A stretch of 64,000 nt of DNA from Candidatus Aenigmatarchaeota archaeon. Its GTDB lineage: Archaea > Aenigmatarchaeota > Aenigmatarchaeia > QMZP01 > QMZT01. Shown in pieces: positions 28,892 to 39,109 of the stretch. Location: contig JAPLVC010000005.1 in assembly GCA_026397315.1 (NCBI GenBank), positions 33,737 to 97,736 of the forward strand, written 5' to 3'. Both the position numbers and the translations under genes were made by a program. The notes under the pieces were generated by a model that saw nothing but the letters and a program-made list of their open reading frames with translations, made no database searches and was not told the DNA's origin. Within the stretch, counting starts at the first letter, position 1. Each line of letters opens with the position of its first letter.

Positions 28892-30580
28892 TTGATGGGC
28901 CTGAGGGGATTGCTCAGAGAAAAATTAGAAAGAAGGAAGGACGCAGGCGAAGATAGATATCCCAAAATTGAAATAAAGGAGCCCAAGAATCTGATAGTGT
29001 TCCCCGCGCTGAAAAAAGCGACGGAAATCGACATACAATACCCGCTTCTGGAGCCTTTCGTATATGCCCACGTGAGATGGGACACAAAAAAGAAAGGCCT
29101 TTTTTATGAAATAATAGAGCCTTCCCTTTCGAATACGGAGAAGGAAATCCTGGAAACCATTAAGAAAGACCTTCTGGAAATAATTGACGTCGAGCTATCG
29201 GCCATAAAGGAAGAGGGGAGGGTTTTCGAATATATACAGGAAAAACTGCAGAAAATCCTCGAAGACGAGAACATGAAACTGCCGAAAGAGTCCTACATAA
29301 AGATAACTTACTTCATATACCGCGATTTCGTTGGCTACAATGAAATCGAGGGACTGCTTCATGACCCTTACATTGAAGATATAGGGTGCCCGGGCCTCAG
29401 TATGCCTGTCTTCGTGGTTCACAGGAAATTCGGCTCCATCGAGACGAACATCACGTTCGAAGACAGCGGCTACCTCAACAATTTTGTCATAAAGCTCGCC
29501 GAGCGCAGCGGAAGATATATATCATACGCGAAACCTCTGCTGGACGGCTCGCTTCCCGATGGCTCGAGGGTCCAGGCGACGCTAGCGAAAGATGTCACGA
29601 CGAAGGGTCCGACATTCTCTATAAGGAAATTCAGGGTCGAGCCATTCACCCCGATAGACGTCATAAACTTCAACACGGCGTCCAGCGAAATCATGGCTTA
29701 TCTATGGTTAATGATTGAATCGCGCGCCTCGGCCCTCGTATGCGGCGGCGTATCAACAGGCAAGACCACGTTCCTGAACGTTATGAGCATGTTCATCCCG
29801 CCCGAAGACAAGATCGTTTCAATAGAGGATACGCGAGAGTTGAATCTGCAGCACCAGAACTGGATACCAAGCGTTTCAAGGATCGGTTTCGGCGTGCCTG
29901 AAATAGGCGGCAGGCGTTATGGAGAGGTTACGCTTTTCGAGCTGCTCAAGGAATCTTTCAGGCAGAACCCGGATTACGTGATAGTCGGAGAAGTAAGGGG
30001 CAAAGAGGCATATGTCATGTTCCAGGGTATGGCAAGCGGCCACGCATCGTTGGGAACTATTCACGCGGGCTCAGTCGATGACGTGATAAAGCGCCTCGAG
30101 ATGCCGCCAATAGAACTTTCGCCGACACTGGTAGAGACGCTGGACATGGTCTTGGTCATGATACACGCGAAAGAGAAAGGCAAGTCCGCCAGACGATTGA
30201 AGGAGATAGACGAGATAGAGTCAATAGACCCGAAAACCGGAACGCCCCATACCATAAAGGCGTTCGCGTGGAGCCCCTCATCCGATACTTATTCTGCAAA
30301 CCTTGAGGAGTCATACCTACTGAAGAAGATGGCATTCGAGAAGGGAATATCATACGACGACATGATAAAGGAACTCAAGAAACGCCAGAAGATACTTGAA
30401 TGGATGAGAAAATTTGGCGTGACGAATTTCGATGATGTTTCAAAATTGATAAACCTGTATTACAAAGAGCCGGGCATAATAATAGACTGGGTGGAAAAAG
30501 ATGTTCCGCCGTTCAAAACAAAAATGAAAGAGGCAAAAAAGGTGCTTGAATCATACACTGGCCTCAAAGTAATCGAATAA
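28892..30580 (+). CDS. second type IV pilus / secretion ATPase
   Basis: DPYIEDI, LPDGSRVQ, GGVSTGKTT, SIEDTRE, RQNPDYVIVGEVRG, GHASLGTIHA. Confidence 0.95.
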   Translation: MMGLRGLLREKLERRKDAGEDRYPKIEIKEPKNLIVFPALKKATEIDIQYPLLEPFVYAHVRWDTKKKGLFYEIIEPSLSNTEKEILETIKKDLLEIIDVELSAIKEEGRVFEYIQEKLQKILEDENMKLPKESYIKITYFIYRDFVGYNEIEGLLHDPYIEDIGCPGLSMPVFVVHRKFGSIETNITFEDSGYLNNFVIKLAERSGRYISYAKPLLDGSLPDGSRVQATLAKDVTTKGPTFSIRKFRVEPFTPIDVINFNTASSEIMAYLWLMIESRASALVCGGVSTGKTTFLNVMSMFIPPEDKIVSIEDTRELNLQHQNWIPSVSRIGFGVPEIGGRRYGEVTLFELLKESFRQNPDYVIVGEVRGKEAYVMFQGMASGHASLGTIHAGSVDDVIKRLEMPPIELSPTLVETLDMVLVMIHAKEKGKSARRLKEIDEIESIDPKTGTPHTIKAFAWSPSSDTYSANLEESYLLKKMAFEKGISYDDMIKELKKRQKILEWMRKFGVTNFDDVSKLINLYYKEPGIIIDWVEKDVPPFKTKMKEAKKVLESYTGLKVIE

Positions 30581-30592
30581 ATGTTTAAACAT
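30581..30592. promoter_or_regulatory. ATGTTTAAACAT palindrome upstream of RPA-radA
   Basis: Perfect 12-bp palindrome immediately upstream of a TATA-like TTTTATA (about 30597). Confidence 0.45.
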
Positions 30593-30634
30593 AATCTTTT
30601 ATAATTTATTCTCAATCTTTATGCAGGGTTTGAT

Positions 30635-31663
30635 ATGTTCTCGCTCAAAGAGATGGTAAAGGAAATTTCGCTCTCTTCCGGTCTCAGCGAAGATGATGTG
30701 GAACTGAGAATCGAAGATAAACAGCTGGAGCTTTCCGGCCTTGTATCGCCTGAGGGGGCTGCATACATAGTCGGAAAGGAGTTGGGCGTCAGCCTGGTAA
30801 AAGAGTCGCCGAAGAGGGGGCTTAAGATAAAAAACGTCGTCCCTGGCATGAGATCGGTCGACGTTATCGGGCGCATAATACGAATTTCCCCCAGAAAGGA
30901 TTTCCAGAAAGACGGCCGGTTAAATGGCGTTATAAACGTCACCATGGGTGATGAAACCGGCATTCTCAGGCTTTCATTGTGGGACAGCGAAACCGAAATT
31001 GTCGAAAAAGCCGACATGAAGGAAAATGATGTAATGAGCATAAGGAATGCTTACGTGAAGGAAAACAACCGTGGTGATATCGAGCTCCGCCTCGGCAGGA
31101 GCGGCAGGATAAACAAGTCCGACGAAAAAATACCGGAGATTAACGATATAAGGAAGGACTTCGAGTCCGTGAATGCCAAGAGTATTGCCGATCTCAAAGA
31201 GGAAGAATTCAGCGAGATAAAAGCCTCGCTTATACAGGTGTTCAAAAGAAACCCATTCTACAGCGTCTGCCCGTTATGTGACTCGCGCTTGGAGAATGAT
31301 GGTAATGCTTCAAGATGCAAGGATCACGGCAAGGTCGAACCTAAATTCAATCTCGTGATTTCAGGCGTCGTTGACGATGGCACAGGAAACGTACGCGTCG
31401 TGTTCTTCAGGGATATGGCTGAGAAGGTTTGCGGTAAAAGCGCAGATGAACTGAGAAAAATCGCATTAAGTCAGGATCCTTCATCTTTATGTGAAGACGT
31501 GAAACTGGGTCATGAATTTGTGATAAGAGGCCGCGTGAAGAAAAATGAATATGCTGACAAGATTGAACTTGTCGCCAGCAGCGTCGAGGACGTCAATCCC
31601 AAGAGAGAATCCGAGAAACTGGTGCAAAAAATAGAGACGTTAAATATTAAAAATATGAAATGA
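30635..31663 (+). CDS. rpa: replication protein A (OB folds plus zinc finger)
   Basis: GDETGILRLSLWD, CPLC...CKDH zinc finger, VDDGTGNVRVVFF. Confidence 0.9.
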   Translation: MFSLKEMVKEISLSSGLSEDDVELRIEDKQLELSGLVSPEGAAYIVGKELGVSLVKESPKRGLKIKNVVPGMRSVDVIGRIIRISPRKDFQKDGRLNGVINVTMGDETGILRLSLWDSETEIVEKADMKENDVMSIRNAYVKENNRGDIELRLGRSGRINKSDEKIPEINDIRKDFESVNAKSIADLKEEEFSEIKASLIQVFKRNPFYSVCPLCDSRLENDGNASRCKDHGKVEPKFNLVISGVVDDGTGNVRVVFFRDMAEKVCGKSADELRKIALSQDPSSLCEDVKLGHEFVIRGRVKKNEYADKIELVASSVEDVNPKRESEKLVQKIETLNIKNMK

Positions 31664-31690
31664 ATATTTAAGCCCTAGTGAGGTGTTGGT

Positions 31691-32674
31691 ATGGCAAAAG
31701 AAGTTGACGTGAACAAAGAGAACAAGGATATTGAAAATCTTCCAGGAGTTGGGGAGAAGACTCTTGAGAAGTTTATAGAGGCTGGTTATGATAATCTCAT
31801 GGCTATAGCCGCGGCTTCTGCCGGAGAGATCGTAGCATCTACGGGTATAGGTGTCGAAACCGCCAATAAAATAATCGCTGGTGCAAGGCAGAAGCTCAAG
31901 ATGGGTTTCGAGACGGCAAAAGAGGTCCTCATCAAAAGAGAAAACCTTGGAAAGATAACCACATGCGCGAAAGAGCTCGACAAACTCTTGGGCGGCGGCG
32001 TGGAAACGCAGGCCATCACTGAGATGCACGGTGCGTATGGCTCCGGTAAATCACAGCTTGCTCACCAGCTTTCCGTTTCTGTGCAGTTGCCAAGGGAGAA
32101 AGGCGGCTTAGATGGGAAAGTGATTTTCATAGACACAGAGCAGACGTTCAGGCCGGAAAGGATAAAGCAGATGGCTGAAGGCCTTGGTCTTGAACCCGAT
32201 AAAATTCTCGAGAACATATTCGTTGGCCGGGCTTACAACTCCGATCATCAGGTGATCTTGATAGAGAAGGCCGAAGAGCTCATAAAGAAAGAAAACGTCA
32301 AGCTTATAGTGGTTGACTCGCTAACATCAGCCTTCAGATCGGATTATACCGGCCGAGGCACGCTTGCTGACCGTCAGCAAAAGCTTAACAGACATATGCA
32401 CAAGCTTCAGAGGCTGGCAGACGTTTACAATTTGGCCGTTTACGTGACCAACCAGGTTATGTCAAGACCCGACGTCATGTTTGGCGATCCAACTGCTCCA
32501 ATCGGCGGGCACATCGTAGGCCATCAGGCGACGTACCGCGTCTATCTGAGAAAGTCAAAAGAAGACAAGAGAATAGCCAAGCTTATAGACTCTCCGAACC
32601 TGCCTGAAGGCGAGACTATCTTCAGAGTGCTGCTCGAGGGTGTGAGGGACGCAGAAGAGGGCTCTAAAAAGTGA
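31691..32674 (+). CDS. radA: DNA repair and recombination protein RadA
   Basis: LPGVG HhH, GF polymerisation motif, [34 protein letters not shown]. Confidence 0.97.
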   Translation: MAKEVDVNKENKDIENLPGVGEKTLEKFIEAGYDNLMAIAAASAGEIVASTGIGVETANKIIAGARQKLKMGFETAKEVLIKRENLGKITTCAKELDKLLGGGVETQAITEMHGAYGSGKSQLAHQLSVSVQLPREKGGLDGKVIFIDTEQTFRPERIKQMAEGLGLEPDKILENIFVGRAYNSDHQVILIEKAEELIKKENVKLIVVDSLTSAFRSDYTGRGTLADRQQKLNRHMHKLQRLADVYNLAVYVTNQVMSRPDVMFGDPTAPIGGHIVGHQATYRVYLRKSKEDKRIAKLIDSPNLPEGETIFRVLLEGVRDAEEGSKK

Positions 32675-32966
32675 GACTTCTAAGCTTCAAAAACCTCAAT
32701 ACGTGCTCCCTTGTCATGTTTTTGTTTTTCAGGCGCACAAATTTTATTTTCAGCCCCACATCATCGAAGCCTTCAGGAACGGTAATTTCGACATAGGGCG
32801 ACATATAGAGGTCTAAAGTCCTAGAAACCGTCCATTTATGGAGGCCCGTGGCTTTCGATATTTTTGACACCGTAAGCAGCTGCCCATTCTCCCCGGTTTC
32901 TTTCAGCAGATTGAAGATCTGTATAACGTTTTTTACGGTATTCTTGTAGAATTCCCGTTCGGCCAT
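32664..32966 (-). CDS. small winged-helix protein
   Basis: [25 protein letters not shown] pattern. Confidence 0.7.
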   Translation of the reverse strand: MAEREFYKNTVKNVIQIFNLLKETGENGQLLTVSKISKATGLHKWTVSRTLDLYMSPYVEITVPEGFDDVGLKIKFVRLKNKNMTREHVLRFLKLRSLTF

Positions 32967-33038
32967 GATAATATATTTGACCGGGTCAAATTTAAGCCTA
33001 TGGCTAATGTAAAAAATGAAAATAAGAGAGAAAGATAT

Positions 33039-33302
33039 TTAAATTATATCTTTCTCTGAAACGATTACGAAATCGCCTACAGACTTGACCGCCGAGAAAG
33101 GCACAAGAGTTCTGCCCTTGTCGTCTTCCTGGAGATTAAGCTCGCCTGCATGCTTTGTGGGCTGAACCAGAACCAGATTTATTAGCTCTCCAGATTCAAC
33201 GATGTAATCAAGGTCGCCAACGACACCGAATTTCTTGCCACTTTCTTCTGAAATCAGGATCTTACCTATAAGGTCCCTGCTTCTTACTCTTTCCTCTGCC
33301 AT
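33039..33302 (-). CDS. PRC-barrel protein (CdpB-like)
   Basis: LIGKILISEESGKKFGVVGDL...SGELINL...VPFSAVKSVGDFVIV. Confidence 0.88.
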   Translation of the reverse strand: MAEERVRSRDLIGKILISEESGKKFGVVGDLDYIVESGELINLVLVQPTKHAGELNLQEDDKGRTLVPFSAVKSVGDFVIVSEKDII

Positions 33303-33354
33303 AAAAACCCTCCCGCTAGTGATATTTATATTATGAAAAGAATCTATTTAAAAT

Positions 33355-34437
33355 TTATGCGTGGACCATTAGCGTTCTTATTTTGTCAGATAAGACGTAT
33401 TGGAAGCTCTTGCCGCGCCTTTTTCTGATGATTGTGCCGTCTTTCACGAGCCTTTTGAGGATGTTGTTTATCGATCTAATCGCGTTGTCCTTGCTCTTGT
33501 AGTCTTCCATGTCCATTTTTTCAACAATCTCGGTTGGTGTCATCTCGCCATATTTCCATAGTGTTTCGATTATGTGTCTCTGTTTCGATGGTAGATTGTC
33601 AAGCGAACCGAGTGACATTCTTTTTGGTGAATGATGCATCACATGTGAAAACTCGCTTTCCCTCAGGAAGTTGTGATCTATTGTGGATATGTTATTTTCC
33701 ATCGCCTTCTGAACAAGATCGTTGCACAGTCTTATGACTTCCCTGGGGAAGCCGCCGCTTTTTTCGTATATCTCTTCCACAGTTTCCGTTGTGAATGGCT
33801 TTATATCTTCGCCGCCGGCCCATTCTATGCGTCTCTTTATCAGTTCTCTGGTTTCGGTTTTGGTGAGATTTGTGAGCTCAATTTTTGTACTCATTCTACG
33901 AATGAATGTTTCAAGCTTGTCTCTCAGTACGTTCTCGAGGATAGGAAGACCTGCAATGACCACTGTGAGGTTTTCTATCTGGTCTGTAAGCGTCCTGAGC
34001 CATTCCAGTGTCTCTGTGCTGGCTTCGTGACTTTCATCGACAAAAAGCGCTATCTTTCTGTTCTTCGTTTTTTTGTTCACCCATTCACTAAGGTTGTATA
34101 TGTTAACTTCACTTCTGCGTGAAAATAGCCTTTCGAACGTTCCTGTTCCTATGAAGTTGGTGAAGATCTTCACCCAGTCATCCTGATTGCTCGGTGGTTT
34201 TGATAAATAGAAAACCTTTCTCTGTTTTTCAAAAGATTTTGCGAGAAATTTGAGAAGGGTCGTTTTGCCTGAGCCCGTGGGGCCTATAAGAAGGGACATT
34301 TTATCCTCGCTGCTTATGCTCGAAGCGAGTTTTTCCAGTTCCTTGCCATGGCCCACATACAAACCTGGCATTATCTTGAAATTGAAGGGGTTTTCTTTCC
34401 ACTTGAACATCTTCATGTATTTTTCATCCAAGTTCAT
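33355..34437 (-). CDS. ExeA-like AAA+ ATPase with C-terminal winged helix
   Basis: WKENPF, GPTGSGKTT, LFVDESH, SGGFPREV; C-terminal MTPTEIVE...NILKRLVKDGTIIRKRRGKSFQY; start uncertain (34437 chosen). Confidence 0.8.
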   Translation of the reverse strand: MNLDEKYMKMFKWKENPFNFKIMPGLYVGHGKELEKLASSISSEDKMSLLIGPTGSGKTTLLKFLAKSFEKQRKVFYLSKPPSNQDDWVKIFTNFIGTGTFERLFSRRSEVNIYNLSEWVNKKTKNRKIALFVDESHEASTETLEWLRTLTDQIENLTVVIAGLPILENVLRDKLETFIRRMSTKIELTNLTKTETRELIKRRIEWAGGEDIKPFTTETVEEIYEKSGGFPREVIRLCNDLVQKAMENNISTIDHNFLRESEFSHVMHHSPKRMSLGSLDNLPSKQRHIIETLWKYGEMTPTEIVEKMDMEDYKSKDNAIRSINNILKRLVKDGTIIRKRRGKSFQYVLSDKIRTLMVHA

Positions 34438-34570
34438 GCTGAAGTTCATAATTTCATATAATTCGTGAATGAATTTAAAAGCTTTTCGTGAAGATCGTGT
34501 AAATCGTGTGAAAATGATATGATATATGTGAAATGACAAACAATTTATATAATGGCAGCATATTCATCTA

Positions 34571-35119
34571 ATGAGATGCTTTATAGCGATAGATGTTGAT
34601 GACCATCTCAATGAAAGAATTCTGCAGATTCAGAGAAATATTTTAAATTTGGGCACTGATGTGAAAATGGTGGAGTCGCAAAACCTTCATTTTACCGTCA
34701 ATTTTTTGGGTGAACTGGATGAAAATAAAATAAACAACGTGAAGAAGCAACTTGACTATGTGAAGAGTATGTATGAATTTAAAGTGAATGTCGCAGGTCT
34801 GGGATATTTTGGAAGTGAAAATAATATAAGAACGCTTTGGTTAGGTCTGAAAGCTGGTGAACGTGAATTATCTGACTTGATGTCAGATGTAAATGACTGT
34901 GTGAAAATCGGCGAGAAATGCACAAAACCACATCTTACAATAGGAAGAGTTAGAAGTGGTTCCAGCAAAAAGGATCTGCTCGACTTCATAAAAAATCACT
35001 CAGATGTGAACATAGGTGAAATGAACGTGAAGTACGTGAAGTTGAAAAGAAGTGAACTTGGCGCCAGTGGACCGATATACGGTGTTTTGCACACTGTTAA
35101 GTTGGTTTCGAATGAATGA
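34571..35119 (+). CDS. thpR: RNA 2',3'-cyclic phosphodiesterase (2H family)
   Basis: MRCFIAID, HFT and HLT motifs, GPIY. Confidence 0.93.
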   Translation: MRCFIAIDVDDHLNERILQIQRNILNLGTDVKMVESQNLHFTVNFLGELDENKINNVKKQLDYVKSMYEFKVNVAGLGYFGSENNIRTLWLGLKAGERELSDLMSDVNDCVKIGEKCTKPHLTIGRVRSGSSKKDLLDFIKNHSDVNIGEMNVKYVKLKRSELGASGPIYGVLHTVKLVSNE

Positions 35120-35498
35120 AAAGATACTGACAAAAATATCAGTAGTTGGATCTGTGTTAAGTATTATCTTACTGTATTTTATAACTCTGAACATCAGTCC
35201 GGATAGAATGGCTATCGGTAATCTGGATCGATCATTAATTGGCAGAAGCGTTAGCATAACCGGAAAAATAACTTCACTCTACGTGAACAATGGTAACATG
35301 TTCATGAACGTCGCTGATGAAAGCGGTGAAATAAAGGCAGTGTTGTGGAAAGATACTCTAGAGATGGTGCGTGCCAATGGAATTGACTCTGATACATTTG
35401 AAATCGGTAAAAAAATAAACATAACAGGTGAAATCCAGGAATATAAAGGGGAACTGGAAATAGTGCCGGTGAAAGGCGTCGTGAAGCTGGTTGATTGA
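35112..35498 (+). CDS. membrane-anchored OB-fold protein
   Basis: N-terminal TM, DESGEIKAVLW, GEIQEYKGELEIV. Confidence 0.8.
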   Translation: MNEKILTKISVVGSVLSIILLYFITLNISPDRMAIGNLDRSLIGRSVSITGKITSLYVNNGNMFMNVADESGEIKAVLWKDTLEMVRANGIDSDTFEIGKKINITGEIQEYKGELEIVPVKGVVKLVD

Positions 35499-35499
35499 A

Positions 35500-36531
35500 T
35501 CAGATGCTAGTGCTGGCGCTCTTCACGAGCTCCGTCACCAATGTCACGGCATTCTTCACGTCATTCATGTCTGCTACTTCTGTTGGTGTGTGAAGGTAAC
35601 GTGAAGGTGTCAATATTGCGATTGATGGTATGCCTTCCCTTATCATCGGTGTAACAGACGCGTCGGTCGCTCCTCCTGAAAGGATATCGAACTGGATTTT
35701 TATTTTGTTCTTTTTAGCGACATCTTCAACCCATTCCTTCATCTCGCTTTGTATTATGCTGATGGCATCTTTCACTACAAGGACTGGGCCCAAACCCATT
35801 CTGGCAGGGGCTTCATAAGGCTTAAGCTCCGGCGTGTCGCCGCATGTGGTGGTATCGAGTGATATTACTACGTCCGGATTTATGCTGAAAGCAGAACCCC
35901 TCACGCCAACGAGACCTATTTCTTCCTTGACCGTGCCGACGGCGTAAACCGTGCCTTTGAATTTCTTCAGGTTTTTCATGACTTCTATCATGACCAGGCA
36001 TCCAAGTCTGTCGTCGAAACCGTGAGCTGTTATCCTAGAACCATTTAGTTTGTTGAATTCTCCATAAATCGTTATGAAATCCCCCAATCTTATGCCAATT
36101 GCTGCAACTTCTTTTTTGTTTTTGGCGCCTATATCGATGAACATGTCGTTCAACTTCACGACTTTGTTCACATCCTCCCTGTCCTGCAGGTGAATCGGTT
36201 TCGAACCAATGACGCCTATGACCGGGCCTTTCGTGCCATGTATTTTGAACTTCTGCGAAAGTAGAACTTTCGGGTCCCAGCCACCGACGGGCTCGAATTT
36301 TATGAAACCGTCGTCATCTATGTATTTGACCATCAGGCCAACTTCATCCATGTGGGCGGTGAGCATGACTTTTGGCGAACCAGACCCCTTCTTGCAAATC
36401 AGGTTGCCTATTTTGTCAATCTTTATTTCATCAACATAAGGCTTGATTTCTTTCGATATCAAATCCCTTATATTTTTTTCGTAACCCGAAATAGATGCTG
36501 AATCAACAAGTCTTTTTAATAAATCTTCCAT
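35500..36531 (-). CDS. M42 family (TET) aminopeptidase
   Basis: AHMDEVG, FDDRLG, EEIG, GATD, YLHT. Confidence 0.93.
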   Translation of the reverse strand: MEDLLKRLVDSASISGYEKNIRDLISKEIKPYVDEIKIDKIGNLICKKGSGSPKVMLTAHMDEVGLMVKYIDDDGFIKFEPVGGWDPKVLLSQKFKIHGTKGPVIGVIGSKPIHLQDREDVNKVVKLNDMFIDIGAKNKKEVAAIGIRLGDFITIYGEFNKLNGSRITAHGFDDRLGCLVMIEVMKNLKKFKGTVYAVGTVKEEIGLVGVRGSAFSINPDVVISLDTTTCGDTPELKPYEAPARMGLGPVLVVKDAISIIQSEMKEWVEDVAKKNKIKIQFDILSGGATDASVTPMIREGIPSIAILTPSRYLHTPTEVADMNDVKNAVTLVTELVKSASTSI

Positions 36532-36591
36532 TTTCTCACCTACATAAGTCTAATAATAAAATATTGTAAGGCGTCCTATAAATCTGTTGTT

Positions 36592-37854
36592 TTAAACAAT
36601 ATCCTCTTTTGACAGGATACCCACTGGCGTTGACTTTATCATTTCCTTTTCCATGCCTATGAGGAACTTCACGCCTTTCTTTCTGGCTATCATATCCAGT
36701 CTGTAGTCGACTTTTCCGTCGAATATGACCGCATACGGGTTATCGAGCGTCTTCAGCGTGTTCTGCAGCTCCTTGGTAGGAACCTTTCCGAGCAGGTTGA
36801 ATGAGGAATCAAATATGCAAGCCGCCCTAGTACCAATGAGCTCATCGAGTGTTTTTTTGAAATTCTTTTTCTGCTCATCGGTTATCATTACTTTTCTCAC
36901 AAGCGATGACTGCTGCGACCTGAAATCCCTTTCCCGGCCGTCATCGATACTCCTTTCCTGCATGTGTTCCGGTCGCTCTTGCGGTCTGTCGCGCCTTTCA
37001 AAGTTGTTATTGTTTTGCGGCCTGTCACTCTTGCCTTCTACCTTAAACTGCGAAGCGGACACTTTGTCTCTCAGGGCCTTGAAAACCTCTTTCTTCGAAA
37101 GTTCCTCCACTTCTTTACCTTCCGGGGCAATGGCAACAAAGTCGACTTCCGATGTTTCCAGGAGGCTCTTCAGGTTAAGGCTGCCGCCCCTGTCTCCATC
37201 GAAGAACGCTGTCAATGTCTTCTCTCTTGAAAGGTTAACTATCTGAGGCGGTATTGAACTGCCCTCTATTGCTATTACATTTTTTATGCCGAATTTGATG
37301 AGGTTTATGACGTCCGCCCTTCCTTCGACGACTATTATTTCCTCGGACTCCATTATGCCGGGGCCGCAGGGCAATCCCTGCCAGGTCGTTATTTCATAAG
37401 CCTTTATTTCCTGCTTTATCTCTTCCGCCATTCTGCTCGTGTCAGGAATGCCTTTTTCAAGAAGCTCTTTTAGTATCGCCTTCGCCTTTTCGATAACAAA
37501 TTTCCTTTTAAGTTCTCTTGTGTCCTCAACGGATTTAAGTATAATTTTAGCTATGCATGGGCCTACTCTTTCTATCGTTTCAAGTGTTGCTGCTATAAGA
37601 GCGGTCTCGGCCGAATCAAGAGATGAAGGTATTATCACTTCACCATGCGATTTGCCCTTTTCCGAATTTATGTTGACTTCTATCCTGCCTATCCTGCCTG
37701 TTCTCTGCAACTCTCTCAAATCAAGATCTGGACCGAGCAATCCTTCAGTTTGACCAAAAATAGCTCCTATCACATCAGGCTTTTCTATTACTCCCTGAGC
37801 GTCTATCTCTGCTTTTACTACGTATTTTATCGAAGTTGGTGCAAGTTTTGACAT
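36592..37854 (-). CDS. dnaG: archaeal DnaG (exosome-associated)
   Basis: DVIGAIFGQTEGLLG, LRELQRTGRIGRIEV, VVEGRADV, DGDRGG. Confidence 0.95.
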   Translation of the reverse strand: MSKLAPTSIKYVVKAEIDAQGVIEKPDVIGAIFGQTEGLLGPDLDLRELQRTGRIGRIEVNINSEKGKSHGEVIIPSSLDSAETALIAATLETIERVGPCIAKIILKSVEDTRELKRKFVIEKAKAILKELLEKGIPDTSRMAEEIKQEIKAYEITTWQGLPCGPGIMESEEIIVVEGRADVINLIKFGIKNVIAIEGSSIPPQIVNLSREKTLTAFFDGDRGGSLNLKSLLETSEVDFVAIAPEGKEVEELSKKEVFKALRDKVSASQFKVEGKSDRPQNNNNFERRDRPQERPEHMQERSIDDGRERDFRSQQSSLVRKVMITDEQKKNFKKTLDELIGTRAACIFDSSFNLLGKVPTKELQNTLKTLDNPYAVIFDGKVDYRLDMIARKKGVKFLIGMEKEMIKSTPVGILSKEDIV

Positions 37855-38233
37855 GAAAATCATCCTCCACTATTGACATCTTCTCCAAGCTGTTAAAAGC
37901 TCCGAAGTCTTCTATCTTGTTTTTGCCAAATTCCATTAGTTTACACCTTAGCTTTGTGTTTGGTTGTTTGCCAAACCTCTGGAGCAGTGTTTTCAGTTTC
38001 CTTTCCAACATCCTGCCCTTTTTATCGAAATCCGTCAATATTACTATTGGCTTTTGTGAGTTCGACGCGACCTCTGCCACTTCGTAAAGTGGCCTGCCAT
38101 TGATCGCAATAATATCTTTCAGGCCAAGGCTTTTTAAAGCTTTTTCATCCCAGCTACCCTCGACAATCGCTAGCGCGTCTCTCAGATCATCCAGTATATT
38201 TTGCAGTCTCTCTTCATCGATTTTTGTCTTCAT
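37775..38233 (-). CDS. small Toprim domain protein
   Basis: IVEGSWDEKAL, ILTDFDKKG. Confidence 0.85.
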   Translation of the reverse strand: MKTKIDEERLQNILDDLRDALAIVEGSWDEKALKSLGLKDIIAINGRPLYEVAEVASNSQKPIVILTDFDKKGRMLERKLKTLLQRFGKQPNTKLRCKLMEFGKNKIEDFGAFNSLEKMSIVEDDFHVKTCTNFDKIRSKSRDRRSGSNRKA

Positions 38234-39069
38234 ATAAAAGCGTCCACTATGTCTCTTTGAGTTATTATGCCCACAAGCTCTTCGTCATCTATCACCGGCA
38301 GGCCGCCCACGTTCATGCTCGTCATGAGGCTTACTGCATGCGAGACGTCCGAACCACCGTCGATAGTGACTGTTTTTCTCTTCATTATGTCTTCGATTCT
38401 TGTTTTATCCGAAAAGAAGCCTGAATATTTGCCCTTCTGCTTAAGGTATGAAAGTATATCGACAGGTGTGACCACACCCAAAAGGATGTTATTCTCCACG
38501 ACCGGCAGTCTTCTCGTGCCGCCTTTGCACATCATCTTGGCCACGTCATAAACTGTGTAATCTCTCCTGACAAATGTTGGCCTCTCGACCATAACTTCAC
38601 GCACTTTCACGCTTGTATTTTCTTTCACGAGCTTCATGAAATCCCACTCTGAAACGATGGAAACGAGCTTTTTAGAGTCGACTATCGGGAAGAAACCCAT
38701 TTTCTCATGCCTGAAAACATCCAGTGCCTTTCTTATACTGGTCTTGTGATGGATTGTCCTGACGTGTCTGGTCATTATGTCGCTTATCTTCATGTCAATC
38801 CTTTCCCTGTTCATCTTGAAGATGCTGTATTTTTCACCGCCGCCGAAAAGATCAAGTATGTCAATCGAAGAAACAATGCCCTTAAGGTGGCCACTTTCGT
38901 CTATTACCGGCATTTTCCTTATGTTTTTGCTTATCATCGCCCCCAGGACATCGACAAGCTTGGCATTTTCATGAGTAGCCAAGGGTTTGGAGGATATTTC
39001 GGTTACCGGCTTGCCGGAATCTATAATGCTTTCCAAACTTATTCTATTCCCACCCATGCGACCACCCAC
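38230..39069 (-). CDS. 4xCBS domain protein
   Basis: Four CBS repeats (RKMPV, FFPIV, RRLPV, GGLPV...GIITQRDI). Confidence 0.9.
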   Translation of the reverse strand: MGGRMGGNRISLESIIDSGKPVTEISSKPLATHENAKLVDVLGAMISKNIRKMPVIDESGHLKGIVSSIDILDLFGGGEKYSIFKMNRERIDMKISDIMTRHVRTIHHKTSIRKALDVFRHEKMGFFPIVDSKKLVSIVSEWDFMKLVKENTSVKVREVMVERPTFVRRDYTVYDVAKMMCKGGTRRLPVVENNILLGVVTPVDILSYLKQKGKYSGFFSDKTRIEDIMKRKTVTIDGGSDVSHAVSLMTSMNVGGLPVIDDEELVGIITQRDIVDAFI

Positions 39070-39109
39070 CAGACACTTTATTTTAAGCCAGCCTTAATAA
39101 ATAATTTAT

